From a virus, in the IMG/VR virus record IMGVR_UViG_3300045988_078367: DNA of 43,575 bases. One strand, 5' to 3'. Made by a program: the position numbers and the translations under genes. The notes under the pieces are model-generated. The model was given only the letters and a program-made list of their open reading frames with translations. It was not told the DNA's origin and ran no database searches. Shown piece after piece: positions 16,785-27,181 of this stretch. Positions within the stretch are counted from its first letter, which is position 1; the number at the start of each line of letters is the position of its first letter.

Positions 16785-19399
16785 AGGCTACCTAAATTTT
16801 CAAGTACTTCAACTCGTTTTCCAACTGTGTTTATTTCAGTTACAGATACCACCGGATTAGGCATCATCTGGACTCCTTTTGCTACAGCTCTTGCTAACAT
16901 ATCCTCTCCCATGGTCTGATTACTTGATGCGGTGATATTTATTGGAACTCCTCCGCCCATTTGGTTAAATGAGGAAAGGATCGGAGCGAATAACTCCGTA
17001 GTTCTTGCTGTCATTACCGATTCTCCGTTACTTAGTTGTGCCGGTATGCTATCACTCGTTCCGGTTCCCGGCCCAGTAACTAGTCCACCGGTTGCAAACT
17101 TGGCGGACTTTACGGTTTTAATAGCAGTTGCAATATTGGCAAGGATAGTAGCGACAGTTGTTGCAATAGCTGCAATATTACCCGGGAAAGGCACTGATTG
17201 CGCCTGCGCAACACCTGCAGCAATTGCCTTTCCTGTATTTACTGCTATTTCACCCAAAGCCAATACCTTAGAGAATTTAGCCAGCCCTTCATTACTTTCT
17301 CCTAATTGTTCAGTCAGAGATATAAGCCCTCCGGTAATTTGGGCAACTGCATCATATTTAGCCTGCTCTATAGCAATCTCCTTATCTGTTAATTCTTGCT
17401 TTGCATCAATGTATGCATTTTCAGCCTCTAATTTACGCAGATTAAATGCTTCGATACTTTCACCTTCCATTTGTTGGATAGCGTCTAATTCAGCTTTTCT
17501 TTGCTCAACTTTAACACGGAGAATTTCTTCTTCATTTCCATGTAATTCTGCGATTTCTGTTTCAAAGCGAAGCCTTATTGCCTCCTGCTCTTGTTTAGCA
17601 ATATTGGCGTTTCGAGTATTAATTAACTCTTCCAACTGCTTATCATATTTTGCACGTATGGCAATTTTCATCTGCTCGGTAAGTTCCGTATTTGAAAGCT
17701 CCAACTCTTGCTGTGCCAGGAGTTGATTCATTTTTAATTGATATTCCTGCTCGCTCCCCTCTTTTACAGATTCTAATTGTAAAGAGATAAGTTTTTGACG
17801 GTTTTCAATCTCCTTGGTTATCTGTTCATCTGCCAACTTCTGCAGTTCTATTTCACGTTCTTTCTCTTTAACCTTAATTGTGGTTAGTATGGCGTCTCTA
17901 GCTTTAGCAGTAAGATTTTGCTCCTCTTTAAGTTTCTTCTTTAAATCCTCAATCTCACGGGAATATGAGAGATTTATTTGCTGGCGTTGCTTATCTGCTC
18001 CATCTTTGACCAAAGCCAACATAGCATCTTCTGCTTGCCGGATGGCTTCTATCTCTTTATCTTTTTGCTCTTTTACAATACGGGCATATTCTTCTGCTTG
18101 TTTTTTTGCTTCTTCAGCCCTAGCTTTATCTTCTGCTGCAATTTCTGATTTTATAGTATTGGTCTGCTCCAATAATTCCATTGTTTTAGCATAGTACTCT
18201 TTCTCTGCATTAAATTTGGCAGCTTCCAATTTAGCCAATTTGTCATTCGTTTCGGCATCGTTTTCAGCCCATTCAGAACGCTTCTTCAATAATTCATATT
18301 CTCTTGTCGCCAATTCAACATTTCTTTTCGATTGCTCTTCTTCCAATTTATTAGCCTGTTCCACAAATTTCAGTCGTTCCTCTGCTGTGAATTTTTCTTT
18401 ATCCTTGGCCTGTTGTCTCAACTTGGCAACTTCTAATTGGTCTTTAGCGTTCTGTACTTCATCCTTTCTGGATTGTTGCCTTATGGCAATTTCTTCTTTC
18501 GCTAACTCTATAGCCTCTCTATTCGCATCATTATACTGCTTATACAATTTCCCCAATACCGGCAATTTTTCAAGTTGGGTATAAATCCAGTCATTCAGCT
18601 TTGCACCAGCTTCTACTACAGATAAGATTGCTCCTGCAACAAACTGAATAACGCTTAGAAGTCCATCCAAAGCCCTTTTTAATGGAGCGATGATAATACT
18701 CCATCTATTAGATGCTTCCTCACTTGAATTAATAGCCTTTGCGACCGCCATAACAGCTAGAGCTATAGCAGATAGGATTGCTACAATAGGATTAGCCAAC
18801 AAAACGAGTAATTGCTTAGAAAAAGCCTTAACTGCTACTGTTCCCGCATTAAATGCTCCTTTCAATCCTCCGGCTCCTTCTTGCATTTGTATTAGTTGCC
18901 CTATAAAGGGAACATTGGAAGATACCGCATTTTTGATAGCCTCTTCATAACTTCCAACACTTCTATAAAATCTTTGTGTTTCTTCTTCAGCTCCTTTTAT
19001 AGAATCTGTAATATTGTTTATACTATTCTTTAATTCTTGACCTTTGGCGGCATTTCTTTCCGCTTCCGAAAGACTATCATACTCGGCTGTGAGGTTAGAT
19101 AGTTGAGCACGAAGTTGTTTCAGGCTTCCTTCTTGTTCCTGCTCAATCTTTCGGTTATTCTGTATCTCTTTATTGAGTACACGAATAGCCTCTGTGTATT
19201 CTTGTGATGCAATTTTGGTTTCAGTCAGCTTTATATTATAAGCATCACGACTGATTCTTCCTTTCTTTACATCTTCCGTTAATGTTTTCTCAACCTGCTT
19301 TAAAACATCAAGTTGCTTCCGATATTCTGCAATCTTCCGGATCGCATCATCATATCGGACTTTTATCTCTAATACTTTTTCTACTGCATCTTCTGCCAT
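16781..19399 (-). CDS. Tape measure protein
   Basis: 872 aa with long coiled-coil E/K/A/Q-rich segments, hydrophobic central helices and C-terminal GGLVTGPGTGTSDSIPAQLSNGESVM. Confidence 0.8.
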   Translation of the reverse strand: MAEDAVEKVLEIKVRYDDAIRKIAEYRKQLDVLKQVEKTLTEDVKKGRISRDAYNIKLTETKIASQEYTEAIRVLNKEIQNNRKIEQEQEGSLKQLRAQLSNLTAEYDSLSEAERNAAKGQELKNSINNITDSIKGAEEETQRFYRSVGSYEEAIKNAVSSNVPFIGQLIQMQEGAGGLKGAFNAGTVAVKAFSKQLLVLLANPIVAILSAIALAVMAVAKAINSSEEASNRWSIIIAPLKRALDGLLSVIQFVAGAILSVVEAGAKLNDWIYTQLEKLPVLGKLYKQYNDANREAIELAKEEIAIRQQSRKDEVQNAKDQLEVAKLRQQAKDKEKFTAEERLKFVEQANKLEEEQSKRNVELATREYELLKKRSEWAENDAETNDKLAKLEAAKFNAEKEYYAKTMELLEQTNTIKSEIAAEDKARAEEAKKQAEEYARIVKEQKDKEIEAIRQAEDAMLALVKDGADKQRQQINLSYSREIEDLKKKLKEEQNLTAKARDAILTTIKVKEKEREIELQKLADEQITKEIENRQKLISLQLESVKEGSEQEYQLKMNQLLAQQELELSNTELTEQMKIAIRAKYDKQLEELINTRNANIAKQEQEAIRLRFETEIAELHGNEEEILRVKVEQRKAELDAIQQMEGESIEAFNLRKLEAENAYIDAKQELTDKEIAIEQAKYDAVAQITGGLISLTEQLGESNEGLAKFSKVLALGEIAVNTGKAIAAGVAQAQSVPFPGNIAAIATTVATILANIATAIKTVKSAKFATGGLVTGPGTGTSDSIPAQLSNGESVMTARTTELFAPILSSFNQMGGGVPINITASSNQTMGEDMLARAVAKGVQMMPNPVVSVTEINTVGKRVEVLENLGSL

Positions 19400-19403
19400 A
19401 GTA

Positions 19404-21209
19404 TTACAATTTTAAAAGTTTACACTCGCATATATCGTTTTCTTTGGTCTTTATCTCTATGATAGCCAGATAACAACCATATTGAGCCAAATAAACCGGT
19501 ATATCCATCTCTAAGTCCCGCAATTCGATACTGTTAAGACGGATATACTCGGTCACTACCTTTGCATTATTGATTAGTCCTTTGTACGTCTGATAGTTAT
19601 TTGCAATTAAGGTAGTCCATTCTAGCCCCTTGAATATTCCTTTCGTGCCATCAAGCAATAATATCCGGGGATTTGTTTTGTTATACTCCAACTCTCCTTC
19701 CTCGTTATAAGAATAAAGAGGAATATAAGCAACGCCTCCTTTTGTACTGCAGGCGGAGAAAGGCAAAGTGATGGCATCACGTTCGTACTCAATCGTGGCA
19801 TCATCAACCTGGATATTTCCGTCATAGTTTCCCATGACATTATCATCTTCTTTATACCGGAACCAGTTGTTTTGAGCAATGTTATCAAGAGTGTACTGTA
19901 AGTTTCTTGGCGTTACGCTATTATAAGCCATTATCACACGATTCGTCCAGTCTACAGCTTTAGATTTGTTTGCAGACAGATTATCGAAGGGAATAAACTT
20001 GATCCCGTTTTCGCCATCCGGTAAGGCAAACAAACCGACCATTGAGGCAACGGCTTTAATGAAGTCTATTTGCTTGATGTCCGGAAGATTGGGAACTAAG
20101 GGGAATTTCTCACCAAAAGATATTTCATTACGATCATACACCGTTAAAGACAATACGCTACTACTTGCTCCTGTAGCAATGGCTTTTATAGTAAAATGCA
20201 TAAATTCGTCAGATTCAATAGATACTAGATCGTCAAAATTGAAAAGTAATCTAACGTTAGGAGCCTCAATATATGCAGCATAGTTTTTTCTTTCTATAGT
20301 AGATACGCTAGATATATTACCAGAAGAATCAGACTGTGACACTCTCAAATTCAAATACTGGTTATTTACGTCCATCCCAGAATTGTATTGAACCAACATT
20401 TCAATAGTTCCTTTAACTTTCAATGTGATAGGATATTTGGTATACAATCTATCTCCATAAGGACCACCAACACTTGCATACTGTTGGGTACTATCTCCTA
20501 TATAGTTTAACTTTAGATAAGAAAAAGTGCTTTCTACTATCACATATCCAACCATTTGCAAAGAAGATGGGAAAGCATCGTTTATCTTTTGTGAATCATT
20601 CCTCGTTAGAAGAGGAACAATCATTTTATCTATAAAAGTCTTTTTATCAGAAGGGAAATTAAACGTTACTCCGCTTTCTTCTTGAATCTTTTCTAAGATC
20701 CATTTGACAGTAATTGCCGGATGATACCACACATTCGAATCACCGGAATTAAATCCGTAATTAATCAAGGGAAATTGTGCGGAATTACTTCCTTTATTGT
20801 TCCATACTACCCAATCTGTTCCCTCTTCTGTGCCATATTCCAAATCTGTCAATTTCTTATCACTACTTACTATTTCCGCAAAATTAGTTACATTTCCCCA
20901 GGACAAAGCGGTTTCGATATATTCAGACACAGATAACAAAACAACATTCGCATCTTTCACAATTATTATTCCATTCCGTAAAACATTCCCTACATGCTTA
21001 AGATATGGGAATTTAGTAGTTGAACTGGGAAGATGTGCGCACTCAATCAAAGCCAGATTCTTTGCTGTTTTAGGAAGTTTTATCGTATAACTGTTATTGC
21101 TCACGATCTTACTAATATCAGTGAGTAGATTGCTTTTATAGTTCAGGCTAATATCAGTATCTCCGACATCGACCTTATCACCATTAATATATAATTCGTC
21201 TCTTATCAT
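19404..21209 (-). CDS. Tail tip/baseplate-like structural protein, 601 aa
   Basis: Adjacent to the tape measure. The N-terminal LYINGDKVDV...ISLNYKSNLLTDI pattern is typical of distal tail proteins I have seen. Tentative. Confidence 0.45.
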   Translation of the reverse strand: MIRDELYINGDKVDVGDTDISLNYKSNLLTDISKIVSNNSYTIKLPKTAKNLALIECAHLPSSTTKFPYLKHVGNVLRNGIIIVKDANVVLLSVSEYIETALSWGNVTNFAEIVSSDKKLTDLEYGTEEGTDWVVWNNKGSNSAQFPLINYGFNSGDSNVWYHPAITVKWILEKIQEESGVTFNFPSDKKTFIDKMIVPLLTRNDSQKINDAFPSSLQMVGYVIVESTFSYLKLNYIGDSTQQYASVGGPYGDRLYTKYPITLKVKGTIEMLVQYNSGMDVNNQYLNLRVSQSDSSGNISSVSTIERKNYAAYIEAPNVRLLFNFDDLVSIESDEFMHFTIKAIATGASSSVLSLTVYDRNEISFGEKFPLVPNLPDIKQIDFIKAVASMVGLFALPDGENGIKFIPFDNLSANKSKAVDWTNRVIMAYNSVTPRNLQYTLDNIAQNNWFRYKEDDNVMGNYDGNIQVDDATIEYERDAITLPFSACSTKGGVAYIPLYSYNEEGELEYNKTNPRILLLDGTKGIFKGLEWTTLIANNYQTYKGLINNAKVVTEYIRLNSIELRDLEMDIPVYLAQYGCYLAIIEIKTKENDICECKLLKL

Positions 21210-22204
21210 AGCATCTGTGTAATAGTTTCCGGCATAGTTATTTGAATTTCAAAGTCTTGAAGGTCTGCTCCATTATCTGTAAATGATCCGGCCACAATAT
21301 TAACCGGTATCCAGTTTTCATCAATATACATATCAACAATGGGAGAAGAATGAATAGAAGATAACATATTGAATGTTTCTCGTTCTACGAGCGTAGCACA
21401 AGCCTTTCGTGTCGTTTGATATGTTTTGCCTTGATAACGGCTCATTCCATTGTAAACGTATTTTATATTGCTATAATCAACGTTTAATTGCTCCCCTTCA
21501 TTGGAAGATTGTCCGGTCAAGTCCCCCTCTTGGAAAAGCCAATACTGAAGGAATCCGTGACGGTCTAACCAACGAAGATATATTCCTTTATCACAATCAT
21601 TAAACAATACTTTGATAAATACAGCATCATCAGGAAGAGGTTTAAACGTCCGATCGAAAGTATATTGAAATGTGCTGGGAGCCTCTGGGGTATTAAGTAT
21701 CTTAATCATGCCGAACTCCTTTGCATCCTTGAATAATTTGGAGAAATCTTTGTGTAATAACCCAGTTTTTTCAACTTCAACAGAGGTATATTTTTCCGCA
21801 TCATATCTTACATTTATTTCTCCATTGCTATAAATGGAAATAGTAGAAGGGAAGTTTCTAAACATAATAACCGTCCTTGAAGGGTTAAATACCTCCCCTA
21901 TATTCATAGCTCCCCAAATCACATTTATATAAAATTCAAATGTCGAACCATCAACATCAATTTGAACATGAATGTTTTTTGAGTTAGGTCTAGTTGCGTA
22001 ATCAAATCTAAGTAGCGATCTTAGATATTCTGAAATGTCGATAGATACCTTACCTGATATAGGATCCCTCATATCTGAATAGTCACCAACATAAAATATA
22101 ACAGAACCTGTTAAATTATCTATCGTTATAATTTGCGGATTAAAAGCAAAACAAGTTTCATCCGGATATGTTATTGTATGTCCATTAAACTCCTCTGTTC
22201 TCAT
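21206..22204 (-). CDS. Tail structural protein, 332 aa
   Basis: 4-nt overlap with the 601-aa gene. Assigned by position only. Confidence 0.4.
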   Translation of the reverse strand: MRTEEFNGHTITYPDETCFAFNPQIITIDNLTGSVIFYVGDYSDMRDPISGKVSIDISEYLRSLLRFDYATRPNSKNIHVQIDVDGSTFEFYINVIWGAMNIGEVFNPSRTVIMFRNFPSTISIYSNGEINVRYDAEKYTSVEVEKTGLLHKDFSKLFKDAKEFGMIKILNTPEAPSTFQYTFDRTFKPLPDDAVFIKVLFNDCDKGIYLRWLDRHGFLQYWLFQEGDLTGQSSNEGEQLNVDYSNIKYVYNGMSRYQGKTYQTTRKACATLVERETFNMLSSIHSSPIVDMYIDENWIPVNIVAGSFTDNGADLQDFEIQITMPETITQML

Positions 22205-22655
22205 TGCTATTTAAATTTATATGTTTAATATCTCTTTCGAATATGCCGAAAACTTTCTCCATGACAGACTGAATTGTGCGTTCAATTTCTTTTGAGTAAA
22301 TATCATCTCTACCTCCGTCTCTATAAAGTTGCGTGCCCTCTCTTGCAATCTTTCTCGCAATGAAATAAGCGAAAGTTTTAGGTTTCTCTACCCTTATCCC
22401 TTTAGCCTCTATCCAGTCAAGGATTATTTTATAGAATCCTTTAGGAACTCTTCCCGGCCTTCTTCCGGTTTCTAAGGTCCCAAAAGCTTTCCTTCCCCAA
22501 AGAATACCGCTGTTTTCTGTTATTTCAACCCGTAAGCTTGCAATAGTTTTTCCGCTAGCTTTTTGCCTCGCTCTTATATGATTGTCGATTATCCTTTGGC
22601 GGAGATCGGTTAACTCATATTTTATAATTCCTAATGCTTCATCCTTCCCTGCCAT
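22185..22655 (-). CDS. HK97 gp10-like head-tail/tail component protein
   Basis: ASGKTIASLRVE...GTLETGRRPGRVP resembles the gp10-family pattern. Confidence 0.45.
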   Translation of the reverse strand: MAGKDEALGIIKYELTDLRQRIIDNHIRARQKASGKTIASLRVEITENSGILWGRKAFGTLETGRRPGRVPKGFYKIILDWIEAKGIRVEKPKTFAYFIARKIAREGTQLYRDGGRDDIYSKEIERTIQSVMEKVFGIFERDIKHINLNSNENRGV

Positions 22656-23130
22656 AAAGAGAATCCCTTATCTTTTTGAATATTTCACCTATAGCCTTAC
22701 CGTAACAAAGCAAAAGGCCTTGTCTTTCCTTCAACTGCAGTTCTATTGCAACAATAGCCACATTAGAATCCAACCCGTCATAGGTAGTAGAATAGTAAAT
22801 ATCTCCTTCTATGTACTCAAATAATCCACTTTCATTCAAACGAAGTATAAACTCTTTAGCATAGCTTTTGCAAAGCTCTACTTTCTGATCTGCTTCTGTT
22901 CCGTCGAAATCAAAATCTATCTTATCCATGAAAGCAATCAAGCAATTTGGATAATCTTTTAATTGATTTTTGTTCAGGTTAAAGCGTCCGGAAACAGGAA
23001 GTACATTTACCACTGCTGGAAAAGGAAGCTTATCTAACCTCAAATTGGCGGTTTGCCAATTATCAAAGACATAGGTCAATCCCTCCATCTTATCAACTAC
23101 GCTTTTTATCTTTTGCTCTACTGTTGTCAT
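22639..23130 (-). CDS. Hypothetical neck/tail-completion-like protein, 163 aa
   Basis: Position between terminase and tail genes. Confidence 0.4.
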   Translation of the reverse strand: MTTVEQKIKSVVDKMEGLTYVFDNWQTANLRLDKLPFPAVVNVLPVSGRFNLNKNQLKDYPNCLIAFMDKIDFDFDGTEADQKVELCKSYAKEFILRLNESGLFEYIEGDIYYSTTYDGLDSNVAIVAIELQLKERQGLLLCYGKAIGEIFKKIRDSLYGREG

Positions 23131-23131
23131 A

Positions 23132-23686
23132 CTATCGTTTTGCTTTTAATTCACTCTCATGCTCAATAATTTTACTCTCCTTAATTTTGCATAGCGCTAT
23201 TTTTTTCTCCATATCAAAACATTTATAAATTCTTATCCATGGAACATCCTCTACATCATCATGATTGCTTATACCCATCATTTGAGCATATCGATGGATA
23301 ATTCCAAAAGCACCAAATCTTAAATCCCCATACCCGGCTTTTTTTTGAATAGGAGTTAACTCAATACTTGTAGATGCAAATAACTTGCTGATATGCTCTA
23401 CTTCCGTTATAACCCACATCGAGAAACCAAGAACTACCTCTGCCTTTGATTTCAAAATCTCTTTCTCTTTCATGCCAAGGATAGTCTTACAAGGAATCAA
23501 CGCAACATCTTTAGAATCTCCCATAGATTGAAGCATTATCAGCTGTCCCATGGTTATATCATTCAAATCGGAAGGAGTGCGCTTATTCCCGATAAATTCC
23601 GGCTTCGGAAGTTCCTCTATCTGCTTTCTCAATTCTTCCTGATCTCGGCAAACATCGCTCTTTATTAAAAATTCTTTTACTGTCAT
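23132..23686 (-). CDS. Hypothetical protein, 184 aa
   Basis: ORF with a 4-nt overlap to terL. Confidence 0.5.
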   Translation of the reverse strand: MTVKEFLIKSDVCRDQEELRKQIEELPKPEFIGNKRTPSDLNDITMGQLIMLQSMGDSKDVALIPCKTILGMKEKEILKSKAEVVLGFSMWVITEVEHISKLFASTSIELTPIQKKAGYGDLRFGAFGIIHRYAQMMGISNHDDVEDVPWIRIYKCFDMEKKIALCKIKESKIIEHESELKAKR

Positions 23687-25002
23687 ATCTGTCCTAATTT
23701 TGCTTTTGGTCTTTGTGGTATAGGTTTAATTCGAAAAAACATTGCCATTATCAACATATCCAAATAATCAGGAGAACGACCTAATATCTCCTTCATTTTA
23801 TCTTTGCTGATAATACCCTTCTTTCTAGTATCAGCGTCTATATGATCCTGTTTTAATACGCCTAATTCTTCCGTTATATGCTCTTTTTGATGTTCGGAAC
23901 ACACAACCCTTAAACTCCGAGAATTAATCAATTCTGCAAGCTTAAAAGCGCATTCTGATTTAAGATTATCATATTCTGGGTTTATTGGCCTACTACCTCC
24001 GTGAAACTCTTTGATTCCTGTCAAGTAACTTTCTAGGTAGGCTCCTAATCCGTCAGAGTCTACAATCGTCATACTACGAGGAATTTTGCACTCTATCATC
24101 ATATTTTTTAGATCGGTCTCAATCATCTTTCCTGGACTGAAATCTTTATCTATTCGGATAGTACAAACATTTCCGATCCAATGCCCGGCCACAAATCTAT
24201 CACGCCCCTTCATTGCAAGGTCAGCAGAAGCGGAAGAGATGCCGACGGCTTTAACATGGTCGTTTACAAATAAGTCGCATATAGCATCGTATTCGCATAG
24301 TACGGCTGGATCACTATCATATTCCCAGTTTCCATAAAGCAAACGCTCTTTTGTTACTTTGTCTTTTGTGTTCCGTAAAGATTCAAGATAATCATCTGTT
24401 GCGTATGGATTATCCTGAACTAATGCGGGGATGAAAGCATAAGGAGAATATAATTTTTCTTCTTTCCATGGTTTATAAAAGTCTCTATAAAGCCAATTCT
24501 TTTTAGGATTACATGTTATTAATATTTTCCCCTGTATATTATAAACATCATTTAAATGTCTCCCTATGCGAGTTTTAAGGACTTCAAAAGCGAGGTAATG
24601 AACTTGCCCAGCCTCTTCTATCCAACCTCCAGTAAACTCTTTAGATCCTAATCTTTCGTACATTGGATCTTTAACCGGATAATATGTCAGATCAAGGAAG
24701 ATTATTTCTGAACCATTATAAAATGATATTCCATCATCCGTATTGGTAAATGATGTGAAGCCATGCCACTTTGCAACTTTATCAAATGTGACAGTAATTG
24801 ATTGGCGGCTATCTTTTAAATTATTTCTTCCCGCAAACCAACGTGTGCCGGGTAAGTAATAAGCGCATTGCATTAACCATTCACAGCCCAGCCAAGACTT
24901 ACCACCTCCACCGGCTCCACCATACAACAAAAATTTCGTTTCATTATCACGAAGATAATTGTACGCTAACCTTTGCTTTATGTTGACTTTACTCTCAATC
25001 AT
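23683..25002 (-). CDS. terL: Terminase large subunit
   Basis: Walker A LYGGAGGGGKSW near the N-terminus, 439 aa, follows the small-subunit-like gene. Confidence 0.8.
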   Translation of the reverse strand: MIESKVNIKQRLAYNYLRDNETKFLLYGGAGGGGKSWLGCEWLMQCAYYLPGTRWFAGRNNLKDSRQSITVTFDKVAKWHGFTSFTNTDDGISFYNGSEIIFLDLTYYPVKDPMYERLGSKEFTGGWIEEAGQVHYLAFEVLKTRIGRHLNDVYNIQGKILITCNPKKNWLYRDFYKPWKEEKLYSPYAFIPALVQDNPYATDDYLESLRNTKDKVTKERLLYGNWEYDSDPAVLCEYDAICDLFVNDHVKAVGISSASADLAMKGRDRFVAGHWIGNVCTIRIDKDFSPGKMIETDLKNMMIECKIPRSMTIVDSDGLGAYLESYLTGIKEFHGGSRPINPEYDNLKSECAFKLAELINSRSLRVVCSEHQKEHITEELGVLKQDHIDADTRKKGIISKDKMKEILGRSPDYLDMLIMAMFFRIKPIPQRPKAKLGQI

Positions 25003-25484
25003 TTTTCTTTGCCTACTTCAGGAGTATATGGTAAAAAGTTGAATCCCTTAAACTCTTTGCCTGCATTAGTATGATCTATTTCTTGCTTGTCCGCCAATCC
25101 ATTAATGCGAGAGACAATATTAGCATTAAACGCTCCGACAATAGCACCTTCTAGCTGTTGAGACTTGATTATGTTTTCTACACGTGTAATGACCCCAAAA
25201 AAATCTTCATGTCCAGCTTTCTTAAATTCTCTCCAATATTCCTCACTAACATCTAAATAGGAGCATAATCCTGTTAGAGTATAGGGGCATTGAGTAGGAG
25301 ATTCCTCCTTTTCTTTATTTTTACCCTTTGTTTTATCTTTTACCACTTTCCAAGGGTGCTTATCACAATAAGCGAAATATTCACAAGCCGCTTCCCACAA
25401 TAAATCAGGAGTAGCAAACAACTTGTCACGTCCATGTTTACTTCTTAACTTCCAAAATTGGTTTCCTTTAGGTGCAGCACACAT
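24999..25484 (-). CDS. terS: Terminase small subunit-like protein
   Basis: The N-terminal GNQFWKLRSKHGRDKLFATPDLLWEAACEYF pattern is one I associate with small terminase/DNA-packaging proteins. 4-nt overlap with terL. Confidence 0.55.
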   Translation of the reverse strand: MCAAPKGNQFWKLRSKHGRDKLFATPDLLWEAACEYFAYCDKHPWKVVKDKTKGKNKEKEESPTQCPYTLTGLCSYLDVSEEYWREFKKAGHEDFFGVITRVENIIKSQQLEGAIVGAFNANIVSRINGLADKQEIDHTNAGKEFKGFNFLPYTPEVGKEK

Positions 25485-25528
25485 CTTTTCTTAATTTTAT
25501 CCATTTCACAAACTAAAAATACCGAATA

Positions 25529-25545
25529 AAGCCCTAATAGGGCTT
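25529..25545. terminator. Perfect palindromic hairpin aagcccta-a-tagggctt between the methylase and terS
   Basis: 8-bp stem. Only a weak T tract on the minus strand. Confidence 0.3.
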
Positions 25546-25565
25546 ATAGTAGCACACAAAACTAT

Positions 25566-25585
25566 TGAAGTAACTATTTCAGTAA
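25566..25585 (-). promoter_or_regulatory. Conserved 20-nt box tgaagtaaNNNtttcagtaa (copy 2), upstream of terS
   Basis: 17/20 identical to 16501..16520. On the minus strand it is followed by TAgtTTTG (TAnnTTTG-like). Confidence 0.4.
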
Positions 25586-25641
25586 CCTACCAGCTTCCTT
25601 CATACATTCCTCCAGTAGGTTGCTGTCTTCTTGGTTCATAA

Positions 25642-27171
25642 TTATTCGTCACTGTCTTTTAACATTAAATCTCCATTCATTAACAGAGGAAGCATTGAAT
25701 CCCTAAGCTCCGCAAGAAGCCTGTTTTCTTCATTGTTGAGATAATAAAGATGTTGTTTATACATATTCATGAAGAAAGGCATGATACTTGACAATATCTC
25801 CTTATCTGTATTTTCAATCACAAAAACCTTACTATTAGATGACTGGATATATTTGTTCTCAATAATTTTTTCTTTTACTTCATAATTTTTGAACAAAGAA
25901 AAACTTTCATTTATGGCTTTTACAACTTCATTAGTTGCTTCACAATCACTTATTACCTCTGCAAGCCCCAGCCTTTCCGCCCATACTTTATTGACAGTAA
26001 CTTTAATAACATTGCGTTCACGGATAATACGATTAATATCTGATATGATGGCATTAAAGTCACGATGAATCGTTCCTTCCAATTCAATAGATAAATATGG
26101 ACCAATAGTCAAGTTATACCCATGCTCTTCCAATTCTTCCTGGGAGATTCTTTTTGAAAATGAATCTTGCTCTTTTGTTGTAAGCTCACATATAGCAGCG
26201 ATTTGTTCATCTGAAAAAGTGTTGAACTCTTTTTTGTAAATACGGTTATAATGTGAAGCATTACCTTCTCCACGTTGTTCTCTCACCTCAACTGATTTCA
26301 TTTTTTCCGCATTAACAAGCATTACCTCTTTGCTTATATTTTTCTTATCAAGCAAGAGAATACATGTAGCAACAGAGGTAGATTCAAACATCTTTTCTGG
26401 TAAAGAGATAGCAGCTTTCAGCCAACCTTTAGATATAAGATACTTCCGACACTCTAGTTCTTCTTTGCTTGTTAAAACACCTCTAGGTAGAATCAATGCG
26501 CATCGTTCGCCTCTTTGCAGGCAATGAGCTACAAAAGCAAAATTACAGGTGTATTTTAAAGGTAAATCCTTTGTAATATCTTCGGAAACTGAAGATTTTA
26601 AATTGAAAGGAGGGTTTGACACGCTTACATCCGCTTTCTGGAGTTCTGTTTCCGGGAACATAGGACGTTGGACAGAAGCATACATAGCCCCCTTCACTGT
26701 ACTGTATGAATGGAAAATATCGCCAGATAAAATATCTCTATTCACAATAGTAGCTTCAATATTCCGGATACAGAGATTAAATAAAAGGATTGGCAATACC
26801 TTTTCGTCCAACTCCTCACAGATAAATTTCAATTTCGGATTAGCGCACCACTTTTGGATAGACAAAGCTCCGGAACCACAGCAGCAGTCATAGACCACTT
26901 TTTCGCCTGGCATATAGCTAAGATAAGCAACAAGTTTAGCAAGAGCCACTGGCGTATAATCCTGTTTCTTCTCGGTCCTATCTGCATGATAAAACTGATA
27001 CACCCTTTGTAGCCAGTCTACAGTCAAATCCGGACACACTTCTTTGTATTTATCAAAATACATTGTCGGATTTTGAGAAAATAAAGCAAACATTATCTTA
27101 TCCGGGAGTGTATCAACACTGGCACACCCAAAAAGATCACATATTCTCGCTGTTAATTCTTTTAGTTCCAT
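25642..27171 (-). CDS. N6-adenine DNA methyltransferase (HsdM-like, gamma class) fused to an HsdS-like C-terminal region
   Basis: Motif I VYDCCCGSGALS and motif IV VSNPPFN. The C-terminus LLAELRDSMLPLLMNGDL resembles the conserved end of type I S subunits. Start moved to the ATG at 27171 (MELKEL); the ORF track extends to 27225 and overlaps the upstream gene. Confidence 0.75.
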   Translation of the reverse strand: MELKELTARICDLFGCASVDTLPDKIMFALFSQNPTMYFDKYKEVCPDLTVDWLQRVYQFYHADRTEKKQDYTPVALAKLVAYLSYMPGEKVVYDCCCGSGALSIQKWCANPKLKFICEELDEKVLPILLFNLCIRNIEATIVNRDILSGDIFHSYSTVKGAMYASVQRPMFPETELQKADVSVSNPPFNLKSSVSEDITKDLPLKYTCNFAFVAHCLQRGERCALILPRGVLTSKEELECRKYLISKGWLKAAISLPEKMFESTSVATCILLLDKKNISKEVMLVNAEKMKSVEVREQRGEGNASHYNRIYKKEFNTFSDEQIAAICELTTKEQDSFSKRISQEELEEHGYNLTIGPYLSIELEGTIHRDFNAIISDINRIIRERNVIKVTVNKVWAERLGLAEVISDCEATNEVVKAINESFSLFKNYEVKEKIIENKYIQSSNSKVFVIENTDKEILSSIMPFFMNMYKQHLYYLNNEENRLLAELRDSMLPLLMNGDLMLKDSDE

Positions 27172-27181
27172 ATCTTTTTTA

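Noticed and set aside
16932-18950. Plus-strand ORFs of 86 to 264 aa (16932..17726, 17814..18194, 18216..18584, 18690..18950) inside the tape measure gene
   Set aside because: They are antisense shadows of a coiled-coil E/K/A/Q-rich gene. Their S/L/F/A/C-rich low-complexity translations and complete overlap with a well-supported gene argue against coding.
19622-19888. 88-aa minus-strand ORF within the 601-aa tail gene
   Set aside because: It is an alternative frame entirely inside a longer gene, with no start context.
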